Shown here: in pieces, positions 1-9,539 of the stretch
Numbering within the stretch: position 1 is the first letter of the stretch
Layout: each line of letters opens with the position of its first letter
Assembly: GCA_034667685.1 (NCBI GenBank)
Contig: JAXDQU010000021.1
Coordinates: forward strand, 1-64,000
Reading direction: 5' to 3'
DNA: 64,000 bases
From: Thermoplasmata archaeon
Lineage (GTDB): Archaea > Thermoplasmatota > SW-10-69-26 > JACQPN01 > JAJPHT01
The notes under the pieces: model-generated
The model's input: the letters and a program-made list of their open reading frames with translations, nothing else
Databases searched by the model: none
Told to the model about the DNA's origin: nothing
Made by a program: the position numbers and the translations under genes

Positions 1-90
1 ATCTGCCGAGCGCGCCGTGCGCGTGAGGCCGTCCGTCGTCGTCCCCCCTGGGATCAGGGGGGTTGGGGGGTCGATGGTGGCCCGCGCCAT
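1..90 (-). CDS. 5' end of a hypothetical protein running off the window edge
   Basis: ATG at 90 opens MARATIDPQPPDPRGDDDG..., divergent from the gene at 204; truncated. Confidence 0.35.
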   Translation of the reverse strand, partial: MARATIDPPTPLIPGGTTTDGLTRTARSAD

Positions 91-203
91 GTTAGAGAAG
101 AACGTGAGCACGAAGACCGCATCGCGGGCTGCGGCACATTCTCCACACTTTCGGCAACCCGGACCCGAGACCCAAGCCATGGGAGCTGAATGAACCACAG
201 ACC

Positions 204-674
204 ATGCTCTACGCCGTCGTTGCGTGCAGCCGGTGCCGTCGGGGTTTCGTGGTGGAGGAGGGGCGCAAGCAGGCGACCTGCGCGCATTGCAGCCGCACGC
301 TCGACCTTGCGAACGTGCGCGCGTTCCACCGCGGCGAGGACCTGGAGGAGGCGCGCGCGGCGCTCGGGCAGCTCAACGCGCGGCTTTCCGGCCGCGCGGA
401 GGAGTACGCCCGCGCCTTCGTGCCGCCGGCGCCGCGGCCCGCGAGCCACGACGACGCGCATCAGGCCGCGGCGGCCGCGGCCCGGCGCGCGGTGAGCGAG
501 AAGGATCGCGCGGACGCCGTGGCCCGCGCGCTGGGGGAGTTCGGGCTCGACGACCTGGCGCGCGCCTTCGCGCTGGCGGGCCTCCCCACGCAGAAGGCGG
601 AGGCGCACCTCGCGCGGATGCTGGCGGCGCAGGTCGTCTTCGAGCCCCGGCCGCTTCGTTACCGCGCCTTCTGA
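204..674 (+). CDS. Zn-ribbon archaeal protein (DUF1922/DUF5817-like)
   Basis: N-terminal YAVVAC-xx-C...C-xx-C pattern typical of this archaeal family. Confidence 0.7.
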   Translation: MLYAVVACSRCRRGFVVEEGRKQATCAHCSRTLDLANVRAFHRGEDLEEARAALGQLNARLSGRAEEYARAFVPPAPRPASHDDAHQAAAAAARRAVSEKDRADAVARALGEFGLDDLARAFALAGLPTQKAEAHLARMLAAQVVFEPRPLRYRAF

Positions 675-919
675 GACTTGCGGCGCCTCGCGCCCTGGGC
701 GCCCGCGGCCGCGACGGTCTTCCGCAGCGAGCGGCCGGTGGCGGGCACCGTCTTCGAGGCGGTGGGCGCCGCGTTGGTCTTGCGGACGGTGACGTTCGGG
801 TTGCGCGGGCCGGTGGCCTTCGTGGTGCCGCGGCGCTCGACGCGGGCGGCCTCGCTGGCGGCGCCGCGACGGGCGGTCGTGCTCAGCTTGCGCGTAGGAG
901 TGCGAGTGGATCGCGCCAT
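659..919 (-). CDS. Small basic K/R/T/A-rich protein (86 aa)
   Basis: ATG at 919, MARSTRTPTRKLSTT...KSQKAR; host-like codons (AAG, ACC, GCC); overlaps the DUF72 gene end. Confidence 0.55.
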   Translation of the reverse strand: MARSTRTPTRKLSTTARRGAASEAARVERRGTTKATGPRNPNVTVRKTNAAPTASKTVPATGRSLRKTVAAAGAQGARRRKSQKAR

Positions 920-1713
920 GCGCCGCGAGCGTGCGCCGCCTCGTGCTTGGTCTTGTCGTCTAGCAGCTCGTCGACGTAGGCGCGGAGGGCGAGCGCGTTG
1001 CGCGCGCCGTGGCCGCGCTCGTCGTTGTTGAGATAGCACCACGCCTCGTAGCCGCCCTCGGCCCACGCCGCGAGCTGGTGGGCCCAGGCGAGCAGCGTCT
1101 CGACGTCGTAGCTTCCGCGATATCGTCCGGTCGGGCCGTGCAGCCGAAGGTAGACGAAGGGCGCGGTGGGCGCCATCGGCGTCGCCTTGCGGCCGAAGTC
1201 GTGCACGACGCGCGCGACGCCGTGCCGCTCCAGGATGCGCCGCGTGGCGCCCGCGGTCTCGCGCCACGAGCGGTGGCGGAGCTCGACCGCGTACTGGAGG
1301 TCCACGGGCAACTCCGCGAGGAAGGCGTCGAGAAGCGCGTGGTCGGCGCGGAAGCTGGGCGGCATCTGCACGAGGACGATACCGAGCTTCGGGCCGAGCC
1401 GGCGCGCCAGGCGAAGGAATTCGCGGGCCTCGGGCTGCGCGTCGGCGAGCCGCTTGTCGTGCGTGATCGCGCGCGGCATCTTCAGCGAGAGGCGGTGGCC
1501 CGGCGGCGTCTGCTCGCGCCATGCGTCCATCGTGCGCTCGGTGGGCGCGCGGTAGAAGGTGCTGTTGACCTCGACGGTGGCGAAGCGCCGGCTGTGGAAG
1601 GCGAGCATCTCGCGGCCCGGCAGGCGGCGCGGGTAGAAGCGGCCCAGCCAGTGGCGGTACGCCCAGCCCGAGGTGCCCACGCGCAGGCGCAGGTCGGCGC
1701 TCCATGCCTCCAC
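883..1713 (-). CDS. DUF72 family protein
   Basis: VGTSGW, VEVNSTFY, YLRLHG, YLNND motifs. Confidence 0.92.
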   Translation of the reverse strand: MEAWSADLRLRVGTSGWAYRHWLGRFYPRRLPGREMLAFHSRRFATVEVNSTFYRAPTERTMDAWREQTPPGHRLSLKMPRAITHDKRLADAQPEAREFLRLARRLGPKLGIVLVQMPPSFRADHALLDAFLAELPVDLQYAVELRHRSWRETAGATRRILERHGVARVVHDFGRKATPMAPTAPFVYLRLHGPTGRYRGSYDVETLLAWAHQLAAWAEGGYEAWCYLNNDERGHGARNALALRAYVDELLDDKTKHEAAHARGAWRDPLALLRAS

Positions 1714-1786
1714 CGCAGGAAGCTCGTCGGCGATGCCCTCGCCTTCGAGCGGCGGGCCGTAGAGCGAATCGCGCCGGATCGCGCGC

Positions 1787-2557
1787 TCACTGCGCGGGGG
1801 CGTGCGGCGCCACCTCCAGCTTGTCCGCGAGCCACGCGGCGTCCCGCGTCGCGTAGGCGGCCTCGTCGTTGTTGAAGAACGCGAAGACGTCGTGCCCCGC
1901 GTCGCGCCATCGCGCGATCCGCGCGCGCCACGGGGCGAGCCGGCGCGGTCCGTAGAGGCCAGCGTACGCGCGCTCCACGCCGTGGAAGCGGACGTAGACG
2001 AGCCCCGCTGTGACGACGTCGCGCGGCGTGGGCGCGTCGGGCCAGTCGTGCATGCAGAACGCGACGCCGTGCTCGCCGAGCAGATCGTACACGTCCTCCG
2101 CGTACCAGGAGGCGTGGCGGAACTCGAAGGCGTAGCGCACGTCCCCGCGCTGCGGGAGGCGCGCCAGGAACGCGCGGAGGCGCGCGTCGTCGCGCTTCAT
2201 CTGCGGCGGGAGCTGGAAGAGCACCGGCCCCAGGCGCGGGCCCGCGCCCGCGAGCGCGTCGAGCAGGTCGCGCGCCGCGTCGGGGTGGCTGCCGCCCGGC
2301 AGGAGCTTCTTGCGGTGCGTGATGTAGCGGCTCGCCTTGAACGCGTACGTGAAGCCGGGCGGCGCCGCCTCCCGCCATCGCGCGACGAGGTCGCGGGTGG
2401 GGAGCCGGTAGAACGTGTTGTTGATCTCCACCGCGCCGAAGCGCTCCGCGTAGTGCGCGAACCAGTCCTTGCGCGGCAGGTCGTCCGGGTAGAATCGTCC
2501 CTTCCAGTGGGCGTAGACGTAGCCCGACGTGCCCACGCGCACGGTGCCCTTGACCAT
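1787..2557 (-). CDS. DUF72 family protein (tandem paralog)
   Basis: VGTSGY, VEINNTFY, LFQLPP, FEFRH, YVRFHG, FFNND. Confidence 0.93.
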   Translation of the reverse strand: MVKGTVRVGTSGYVYAHWKGRFYPDDLPRKDWFAHYAERFGAVEINNTFYRLPTRDLVARWREAAPPGFTYAFKASRYITHRKKLLPGGSHPDAARDLLDALAGAGPRLGPVLFQLPPQMKRDDARLRAFLARLPQRGDVRYAFEFRHASWYAEDVYDLLGEHGVAFCMHDWPDAPTPRDVVTAGLVYVRFHGVERAYAGLYGPRRLAPWRARIARWRDAGHDVFAFFNNDEAAYATRDAAWLADKLEVAPHAPAQ

Positions 2558-2621
2558 CGCGCGGGGCTTGGCGCCTCCCGCCGATCATGGTCGTGGCGCG
2601 GTCGTCGATGGCGCGATGGGA

Positions 2622-3341
2622 TCAGAGGATCGGATGCCCGCGCTTCTCGACCTGCTCGTCGAGCGCATCCTGCATGAGGTGGCGCAGGTCGCGCGCGATC
2701 ACCTCGGCCACGTCCTTGTCGGGGCTCTCGCGCTCGAGGTACGCAGAGGGGTGGATCGGGTCGAGGAACGCGATGCGCCACTTCACGGGGAAGGGAAGCA
2801 GGTTGACCGGGATCGGGACGGGCGCGTCGAGCACGTCCTCCAGCGGGCGCATGCGGCCCAGGCTGGGGTTCGCCTCCTCGCCGCCCACGATGACGACCGG
2901 GACGATGGGCGCCTCGGTGGCCAGCGCGACGCGCGCGAAGCCGGGCTTGAAGGGCTGGAGACGATATCGTTTCCAGATTGGCTTGAAGTTGCCCTCCTCG
3001 GCCTCGGGGAAGAACGTGACGAGGCCGCCCGCGTCGAGGATCTCGGTGCTGGTCGCGACGCTGACCTCGAAGAAGCCCAGCGCGTCGGCCATCTCGCGCA
3101 TCTTCCGGAAGCGGAAGTAGCTCGGGTGGACGGCGACGCGCGGCGCGCGCTTGGCGTCGTCGTAGACGGTGATGAAGAGGTTCCAGTAATCCAGCCCGGC
3201 CCACCCGGTGTGGTTGGCGGCGAGGATGCAAGGGCCCGCGGGGATCTTCTCGACGCCCTCCACCTGGAGACGGCAGTAGGCGCGCATGCGGCGCAGCCAC
3301 GGCGCGGCTCGCTCCAGCGCGGCGGGATCGGGGTCTCGCAT
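2622..3341 (-). CDS. Lysophospholipid/glycerol acyltransferase (PlsC-like)
   Basis: C-terminal part of ORF 2622..6452 from MRDPD; ANH..D, FFPE, GFARVA, PIVPV motifs. Confidence 0.85.
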   Translation of the reverse strand: MRDPDPAALERAAPWLRRMRAYCRLQVEGVEKIPAGPCILAANHTGWAGLDYWNLFITVYDDAKRAPRVAVHPSYFRFRKMREMADALGFFEVSVATSTEILDAGGLVTFFPEAEEGNFKPIWKRYRLQPFKPGFARVALATEAPIVPVVIVGGEEANPSLGRMRPLEDVLDAPVPIPVNLLPFPVKWRIAFLDPIHPSAYLERESPDKDVAEVIARDLRHLMQDALDEQVEKRGHPIL

Positions 3342-3373
3342 GCGCAACGCGAGCGCCCGCGCGCGCATCAAGC

Positions 3374-6300
3374 CTACGGCGGGGCGCCGATCGGCGTCAT
3401 CCACATCGCTCCGCCCGTGGGGTCGACGACGATCGTCTGCGGCTCGGTGACGCCCGTCGTGGCGAAGCTGTAGGAGGCGGTCGCGCGCACCTGCCAGACG
3501 CCCACGGGGAAGACGCCCGGGCCCAGCATGCTCGCGAGGCACTGGCTGCCCTGGAAGCTCCAGGCGTAGTCGCCGTTCGCGTCGGTGGTGGGCGTGTCCG
3601 CGCGGCACCAGCCCAGCGCGAAGTTGTCGGGGAGGATGGGCTGGCTCCCGACCTGGCCGTCGCGCACGCCGGCGACCAGCTCCAAGGGGAGGTAGCGCGC
3701 CTCGACGAGGACCGGCACGCCGGCCGCGGGGTAGCCGTCCCTGTAGACGACGTTGCCCGCGCCGTGGAAGCGCTCGATCATCGTGCGGTAGACGGGGTCG
3801 CCCTGCGGGTCCTGCGTCTGGTTGGGCAGGCCGGGGACGCCCATGCCGGAGACGTTCAGGTAGCCGTCCCCCGCGTCGGCGTGGATCGAGGGGACGAGCG
3901 GCATGTTGAGCTGGAACTTCACGTTGAGCGGGCCCGCGAGGCCGTCGCCGTCCGCCAGCGAGACGGTGCGCGACTGGAGCGGCGCGGCGTAGCGGTCGTC
4001 CGAGATGGAGATGGTGACGGTGTCGCCGGCGAGCCACTGGTTCGCGCTGAGGTTGAAGTCGAGGTCGTCGCCAGCGCTCGTGAGCGCGGGGTCGCCCTTG
4101 GCGTAGACGTGGGGCGAGGCGCCCGCGTCGCGGAACGTGACCGTGACGTGGTAGTGCGAGTCGGCGAGCTGCGCGAAGCGCGACCCGGGAAGCTCGGCCT
4201 GGATCTTCACGGTGAGGGCGTGGTTCGCGCCCACGCGCACGGCCTTCACGGCCGTGGGGCTCGTGAGCAGGCCGTCGGTCACGGTGAGGCCCACGTGGTA
4301 GACGCCCGAGTTGCCGTAGGTGTGCGAGACGGGCTCGCCGGTGCCGCTCGTGCGGTCGTCGAACGTCCACGCGAAGCCGGTCAGCGTCGTGCCCCCGTCG
4401 GGGTCGCTGCTCTCGGGGAAGGCGTCGAAGAGGATCGTCTGCCCGGCCGTGGGCGAGGCCGGCGTCGTGTGGAAGCCGGCGACGGGCGCGCGGTCGAGCA
4501 CCGTGATGGGGACGGTGGTGAAGTCGGTCGCGCCGTTGGAGTCGGTGACGGTCAGGCGCGCGACGTGGACGCCGGGGATCTGGTAGACGTGCGACGGGTT
4601 CTGCGCGTTCGACGCGTTGCCGTCGCCGAAGTCCCACGCGTACGTCAGGGGCAGGTTCTCCGGATCGCTCGACCGGTCGAGGAACTGCACGGAGTCGCCC
4701 GGGTTGAGGGTGCTCGCGGTCTCCAGGAAGAGCGCCTTGGGGTCGCCGTTGACGTAGACGCTCTGCGAGGTGTGGTTCTGCTGGTGGACCGTGTCGGTGA
4801 CGGTCTCGGTCACGACGAACGTGCGCCCGCCCAGGACGTAGGCGTGCGTGGGGTTGGGGATCGTCGCGTGCGGCGTGCCGTCGCCGAAGTCCCAGTCCCA
4901 GCTCGTGATGCCGCCGGTGTTCTGCGACGTCGAGTGGTCGGTGAAGGTGACGTTCTGGCGCTGGTTGGGGAGCGGGGGCGCGGCGGTGAACGCGGCGAGG
5001 GGGACCGCGTAGCTGACCGGCACGCGCGCGACGATGCGGCCGCTCTGCGCGCCCTCGGAGTCGGTGAGCACGAGCGTCGCGGTGTAGTTGCCCGGGTGCT
5101 GGAAGGCGTGCGTGAGCGAGGGGATCGCGCTGCCCGAGCCGTCGTCCGAGAAGAGCCAGGCGTACGAGATCGGGCTCGCGCCGCCGGCCGGGTCGTCCGG
5201 GTCGACGCCCGCCGCGGTGAAGCTCACGTTCTGGCCGGCGATGGGGAAGGCGGGCGAGAAGCTGATCGTGCCCGCCGGCGGGCGGTTGGCGACCGTGAGC
5301 GTCGTCGAGGCCATCGACGTCTTGCCCGCGCTGTCGGTGACGGCGAGCGTGATCGGGAACGCGCCGAGCTGATGGTACGTCTGGTTGGGGAAGGGGTCGG
5401 TGCTGGTGTTGCCGTTGCCGAACGTCCAGAGGCGCGCGACGGTCGGGTCGCGGTCGAGGTCCGTGCTGATGTCCTGGAAGAGGACGGTCAGGTTGCGGTA
5501 GGTGGGGTTCGGGCCGATGAGCATGTTCGCCGTGGGCGCGGCGTCGTCGATCGTGACGGTGCGCGTGAGCGAGGTCTGCGCGAGGCCGTCGCTGACGTGC
5601 ACGGTGACGTCGTACGGGCCGCGGTGCGGGAAGGCGTGGGTGACGGTGGTGCCCAGCGCGGAGTTGCTGCCGTCGCCGAAGTCCCACTGCGTGAGCACGA
5701 TGCCGCCGTCCGGGTCGTGCGAGGTGCTCGTGAAGGTGACGGGGACGGTGACGTTGCCGCCCTTGGGCGACCAGTCGAAGTCGGCGACCGGCGGGCGGTT
5801 GAGCACGAGGACCTCCTGCGTGGTCGTGTCGGAGGCGCCCATGTCGTCGGTGACGGTGAGCGTCACGGTATGCGCGCCGGGCGAGCGGAAGACGTGCGTG
5901 GGCGCGCTGCCGCTGGCGATCGCGCCGTCGCCGAAGCTCCAGGCCCACGCGACGAGCCTGCCGTCGCGGTCGACCGAGTCGTCGACGAGCTGCGCGGGCT
6001 CGAGCGTCGTGGGCGAGTTGGGCGCGACGTGGAAGCTGGCCAGCGGGGGCAGGTCGCGCACGAAGAGCGTGGACGAGACGCTGGCGCGCCCGCCGAGGTT
6101 GTCGGTCGCGGTGAGCGTGACGGTGAGGTTGCCGGCGCGCGCGAACTGGTGCGCGGGGTTCTCGACGTAGGCGTGGCCGCCGTCGCCGAAGTCCCACGTC
6201 CAGTTGACGACCTGGCCGTCGAGGTCGTCGCTCGCGTCGGTGAACGTGACGAGCGTCTGCGTGTCGACGATGCGGGGCGCGAAGCCGAAGCCGGGCGCGG

Positions 6301-7507
6301 GGTCCGAGTTGCGCACGGTGACGGGGATCGTGACCTCGCGCTGGTGGAGGTCGTTGTCGGTGACGTTCAGCGTGACCTCGTAGAGGCCGGGCAGCGCGTA
6401 GCGGTGCGTCGGGTCGGAGAGCACGGAGGTCTGGCCGTCGCCGAAGCTCCACTCGCGCACGACCACGTAGCCGTCGTCGGTGCTATCATCGTGGAACGTG
6501 ACGGTGTCGGAGGTGCGCGGCGCCTGCGGCTCGAAGTGGAGCGCGACGTGGGGCAGGCCGCCCGCCGCCTGGGGAAGGTCGAGCTGGGCGGGCGTGCCGG
6601 TGCCGAAGCTGGCGGCGTAGCCGTCGAGGCGCAGGCGGACGAGGCCGTCGCCCGACTGGTAGACGAGGTAGTCGCCCACGAAGTCCTTCACGAGCACGCG
6701 GTCCTCGGCGCCCACCTGGGCCGGCGCGCCGTTGAAGGCGACGAGGCCCGAGCCGGAGGGGACCTGCGCGGGCTGGAACTCGATGGTGTCGAGCGAGCCG
6801 CTGCCGGTCGTGTAGTCCTTGACGAGCGCGCCGTCGACCTTGACGTAGCGCGCCAGCAGGTTGCCCGCCTGGGGGGCGGAGGGCGCGGCGCCGGCGTCCT
6901 GGGTGAAGAAGCGCTGGCCGCCGGACTGGACGGCGACGGTGTCGACGTGCTCGCCGGTCTCCAGCACGACGTAGGCGAGGCGGCCGTCCGCGGGCGCGGG
7001 GGCGGGGATGCGCGGGGCGGGCGACTGCGTGAGCACGCGGCCGGTCGCGTCGCCCTGCGAGACGAGCGCGGTCTTCACGGTGCCCTGGAGGGCAAGGGTC
7101 GCTGCGGGCGTGCCCAGGCCGCGGTAGGCGAACTCGCCGTCGAACATGCGCACGGTGAGGACGTCGGTGGGGTGGAGCGCGACGACCTTGTCGCCCACGG
7201 CGAGCGCCACGCCCTCGACGTCCTTGGTGCCGACCTTGAACTTCAGCTCGTCGACGTGGCCGGTGCCCCACGCGTCGTCGCTGACGCGGCGGCCGTCCAC
7301 CTCGACCCACAGGATGCCGACCTTGGCGAACGCGGTGCCGTCGGCCGACTGCACGGTGGCGAGCGTGGCATCACGAGCCTGGCCGGGCGAGAGGGAGAGC
7401 CCTGCGTCGGTGGCGGGGTGCGACGCGAACAGGGAGCCGCTGGGCGCGAACGCGCCGATGAGCGACATGAAGACGCCGACGAGGACGACGAGGATCTTCT
7501 GAAGCAC
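3374..7507 (-). CDS. Large secreted/surface protein with 9 PKD repeats
   Basis: Signal peptide; repeated W(D/S)FGDG...H...PG.Y.VTLTVTD units; AGGAGG SD upstream. Confidence 0.92.
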   Translation of the reverse strand: MLQKILVVLVGVFMSLIGAFAPSGSLFASHPATDAGLSLSPGQARDATLATVQSADGTAFAKVGILWVEVDGRRVSDDAWGTGHVDELKFKVGTKDVEGVALAVGDKVVALHPTDVLTVRMFDGEFAYRGLGTPAATLALQGTVKTALVSQGDATGRVLTQSPAPRIPAPAPADGRLAYVVLETGEHVDTVAVQSGGQRFFTQDAGAAPSAPQAGNLLARYVKVDGALVKDYTTGSGSLDTIEFQPAQVPSGSGLVAFNGAPAQVGAEDRVLVKDFVGDYLVYQSGDGLVRLRLDGYAASFGTGTPAQLDLPQAAGGLPHVALHFEPQAPRTSDTVTFHDDSTDDGYVVVREWSFGDGQTSVLSDPTHRYALPGLYEVTLNVTDNDLHQREVTIPVTVRNSDPAPGFGFAPRIVDTQTLVTFTDASDDLDGQVVNWTWDFGDGGHAYVENPAHQFARAGNLTVTLTATDNLGGRASVSSTLFVRDLPPLASFHVAPNSPTTLEPAQLVDDSVDRDGRLVAWAWSFGDGAIASGSAPTHVFRSPGAHTVTLTVTDDMGASDTTTQEVLVLNRPPVADFDWSPKGGNVTVPVTFTSTSHDPDGGIVLTQWDFGDGSNSALGTTVTHAFPHRGPYDVTVHVSDGLAQTSLTRTVTIDDAAPTANMLIGPNPTYRNLTVLFQDISTDLDRDPTVARLWTFGNGNTSTDPFPNQTYHQLGAFPITLAVTDSAGKTSMASTTLTVANRPPAGTISFSPAFPIAGQNVSFTAAGVDPDDPAGGASPISYAWLFSDDGSGSAIPSLTHAFQHPGNYTATLVLTDSEGAQSGRIVARVPVSYAVPLAAFTAAPPLPNQRQNVTFTDHSTSQNTGGITSWDWDFGDGTPHATIPNPTHAYVLGGRTFVVTETVTDTVHQQNHTSQSVYVNGDPKALFLETASTLNPGDSVQFLDRSSDPENLPLTYAWDFGDGNASNAQNPSHVYQIPGVHVARLTVTDSNGATDFTTVPITVLDRAPVAGFHTTPASPTAGQTILFDAFPESSDPDGGTTLTGFAWTFDDRTSGTGEPVSHTYGNSGVYHVGLTVTDGLLTSPTAVKAVRVGANHALTVKIQAELPGSRFAQLADSHYHVTVTFRDAGASPHVYAKGDPALTSAGDDLDFNLSANQWLAGDTVTISISDDRYAAPLQSRTVSLADGDGLAGPLNVKFQLNMPLVPSIHADAGDGYLNVSGMGVPGLPNQTQDPQGDPVYRTMIERFHGAGNVVYRDGYPAAGVPVLVEARYLPLELVAGVRDGQVGSQPILPDNFALGWCRADTPTTDANGDYAWSFQGSQCLASMLGPGVFPVGVWQVRATASYSFATTGVTEPQTIVVDPTGGAMWMTPIGAPP

Positions 7508-7573
7508 AGCTGCCCCCTCCTAAACCTACCCTGCCCGCGCGTCAGTCGGTCGGAGGGGGGAAGGCCGATTCCT

Positions 7574-7593
7574 TGTCACACCGCGGGGAGACA
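7574..7593. promoter_or_regulatory. Candidate operator TGTCAC-N8-GAGACA
   Basis: Quasi-palindrome matching 13505-13524. Confidence 0.45.
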
Positions 7594-7613
7594 TGCTTGC
7601 GGAGAGCGTGTTT

Positions 7614-7657
7614 GGGCTCGGAATCGGGCTCGAAAGCGGGCAAGGGTCCCGAGCCCG
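7614..7657. repeat. Single arm of GGGCTCG/CGAGCCC repeat family
   Basis: gggctcggaatcgggctcgaaagcgggc, near-identical to the arm at 47165-47192. Confidence 0.8.
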
Positions 7658-7692
7658 AGAGCCTTATACCACTCCAAGCAGCCTCCCGCGGC

Positions 7693-9486
7693 GTGGCGCC
7701 CGAGGAGGACAGCATCCAGGAAAGCCTGGAGCAGTCCGCGAAGATCTCCTCCGTCGTCTTCAACGCCCCACCGACGCTCCTGACCTACGCCTACGTGCTG
7801 GTCGCCTCGGCGCTCCTGGGCCTCCTGATCGAGACGACGCCCCACGGCGCGCTGGTGGGCCTCCTGGTGCTGGGCGTCCCCGCCCTCCTCGCCGGCCCGC
7901 TCTCCGCGCCGCTGGCCAACGCGCTGGGCGGAACGCTCTACTACAAGCGCGCCGCGTTCATCGCCGCCGTCGCCATGAGCCTCGTGGGGGTGGCGCTCCT
8001 GCTCGCGGTCCCGGTGCGCGTCGCCTGGCACGTCCCCGTCGCGCACGTGCTCCTCGTGGGCTACCTCATGGGGACGACGTTCCGGCACACCGCGCTCTGG
8101 ATCACGAGCGACAACCGCCACTGGCGCAGCCTCCTCGTCGCGTGCCTCCAGACGCTCGCCGCCGTGCCGTTCATGGCCGCGCTGGTCCCGGGCTTCGGCC
8201 AGCGCGAGCTGTGGATCCTGCTGGCGCTGGCCGTCATCTTCCTCGTCCCGCTCGTCTTCTTCCTGCACATCTTCGACACGCCGCTCAAGAACAACTTCAA
8301 CGTGAGCGGATCGGAGCTGTTCCGTTACTACCTCGACCACCTGACCAGCGGCCGCATGGACGGCGAGGAGATCCTCAACCGCTTCGCCGAGCCGATCCGC
8401 GCGCGCTTCGGCGTGATCGCGTTCCGCCGGCCCGACGGCTCCACCAAGGCGGCCATCGTCGTGCCCGCGCTGCACCCCGGACCGATCGGCCGCCTGGGCG
8501 GGAGCGACCTGCCCGCGAAGGTGGCCGAGGCGATGCCGGGCGTCGACCTCGTGATGGTGCCGCACGGCGCCGCGACGCACGACTACAACCCCGTCAGCAG
8601 CAAGGACGTGGAGCGCTTCGGCCGCGCCGCCGCGGAGATGCTCAAGACCATCCGCTACCAGGAGGGCGGGAGCGCAGCGCACACCGCGGGCGACGAGATC
8701 CGCGTCACGAGCCAGCTCTTTGGCGACACGAGCCTGCTCACCTACACGAGCTGGCCGCTCCCGATCGACGACGTCGACTACGGCGTCGGCCACACCGCGG
8801 AGCTGCAAGCCGAGCTCGAGGGCATCGACCGCGCGTTCTTCGTCGACTGCCACAACAGCCTCCTCCCCGGCGCGGGCCAGGTCAACATGTGCACGCCGCG
8901 CGCCGATGCCATCTCGGACGCCGCGCGCGCCGCCTCGCGCACCTGCAAGGCCAAGCCCTCGCCCTCGCTCCGCGTGGGCATCGCGCAGGACAACACCACC
9001 TTCGGCAAGGAGAACCTCATCGGCGCGCAAGGCGTCCAGGTCCTGGTCACAGAGACGGGCGGCCAGCGCTTCGCCTACGTGCTCTGGGACGGCAACAACG
9101 CCGTGCCCGAGGTCACGCGCGCCGTGGGCGAGGCGCTCAAAGGGCTCGTCGAGGGCTTCCAGGTCATGACGACGGACAACCACTCCGTCAACGCCGTCGC
9201 CGGCAGCTACGGCCCCGTCGGACACAAGGCGCCGCCCGCCGAGATCGCCCAGACCACGCGCCGCGCGGTGGAGAAAGCCCTCGCCGATCTAGAGCCCGTC
9301 ACCTCGGGCGGCAAGAGCGGCATCCTCGAAGGCTTCCGCGTCTTCGGCAACCAGAAGACCGTCCAGCTCACCGCCTCGATCAACACGATGGCCTCGATCA
9401 CGCTGGAATTGACCGTCGCCACCATCGCGATCCAGGCCATGGGGACCGCGCTGCTGTTCCTGGTGCTCAGGGCGGTCGGGGCTTAG
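7693..9486 (+). CDS. DUF2070 family archaeal membrane protein
   Basis: Multi-TM N-terminus; HPGP, PHG..THD.NP, DCHN, DGNN, TTDNH motifs; start moved to GTG 7693. Confidence 0.88.
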   Translation: MAPEEDSIQESLEQSAKISSVVFNAPPTLLTYAYVLVASALLGLLIETTPHGALVGLLVLGVPALLAGPLSAPLANALGGTLYYKRAAFIAAVAMSLVGVALLLAVPVRVAWHVPVAHVLLVGYLMGTTFRHTALWITSDNRHWRSLLVACLQTLAAVPFMAALVPGFGQRELWILLALAVIFLVPLVFFLHIFDTPLKNNFNVSGSELFRYYLDHLTSGRMDGEEILNRFAEPIRARFGVIAFRRPDGSTKAAIVVPALHPGPIGRLGGSDLPAKVAEAMPGVDLVMVPHGAATHDYNPVSSKDVERFGRAAAEMLKTIRYQEGGSAAHTAGDEIRVTSQLFGDTSLLTYTSWPLPIDDVDYGVGHTAELQAELEGIDRAFFVDCHNSLLPGAGQVNMCTPRADAISDAARAASRTCKAKPSPSLRVGIAQDNTTFGKENLIGAQGVQVLVTETGGQRFAYVLWDGNNAVPEVTRAVGEALKGLVEGFQVMTTDNHSVNAVAGSYGPVGHKAPPAEIAQTTRRAVEKALADLEPVTSGGKSGILEGFRVFGNQKTVQLTASINTMASITLELTVATIAIQAMGTALLFLVLRAVGA

Positions 9487-9524
9487 AGAAGAAGAATGAA
9501 AATGCCGGGGGGTACGGCCCCGGC
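9487..9524 (-). terminator. Hairpin plus U-rich terminator
   Basis: gccgggg/ccccggc stem followed by a pyrimidine tract on the minus strand. Confidence 0.55.
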
Positions 9525-9539
9525 GAGAATGTTGCTCGT

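Noticed and set aside
3764-7783. Very long antisense or alternate-frame ORFs (e.g. 3764..7783 +, 35789..38710 -, 49986..52622 -)
   Set aside because: Shadow ORFs of high-GC genes: R/G/A-rich, no motifs, fully overlapping well-supported genes.
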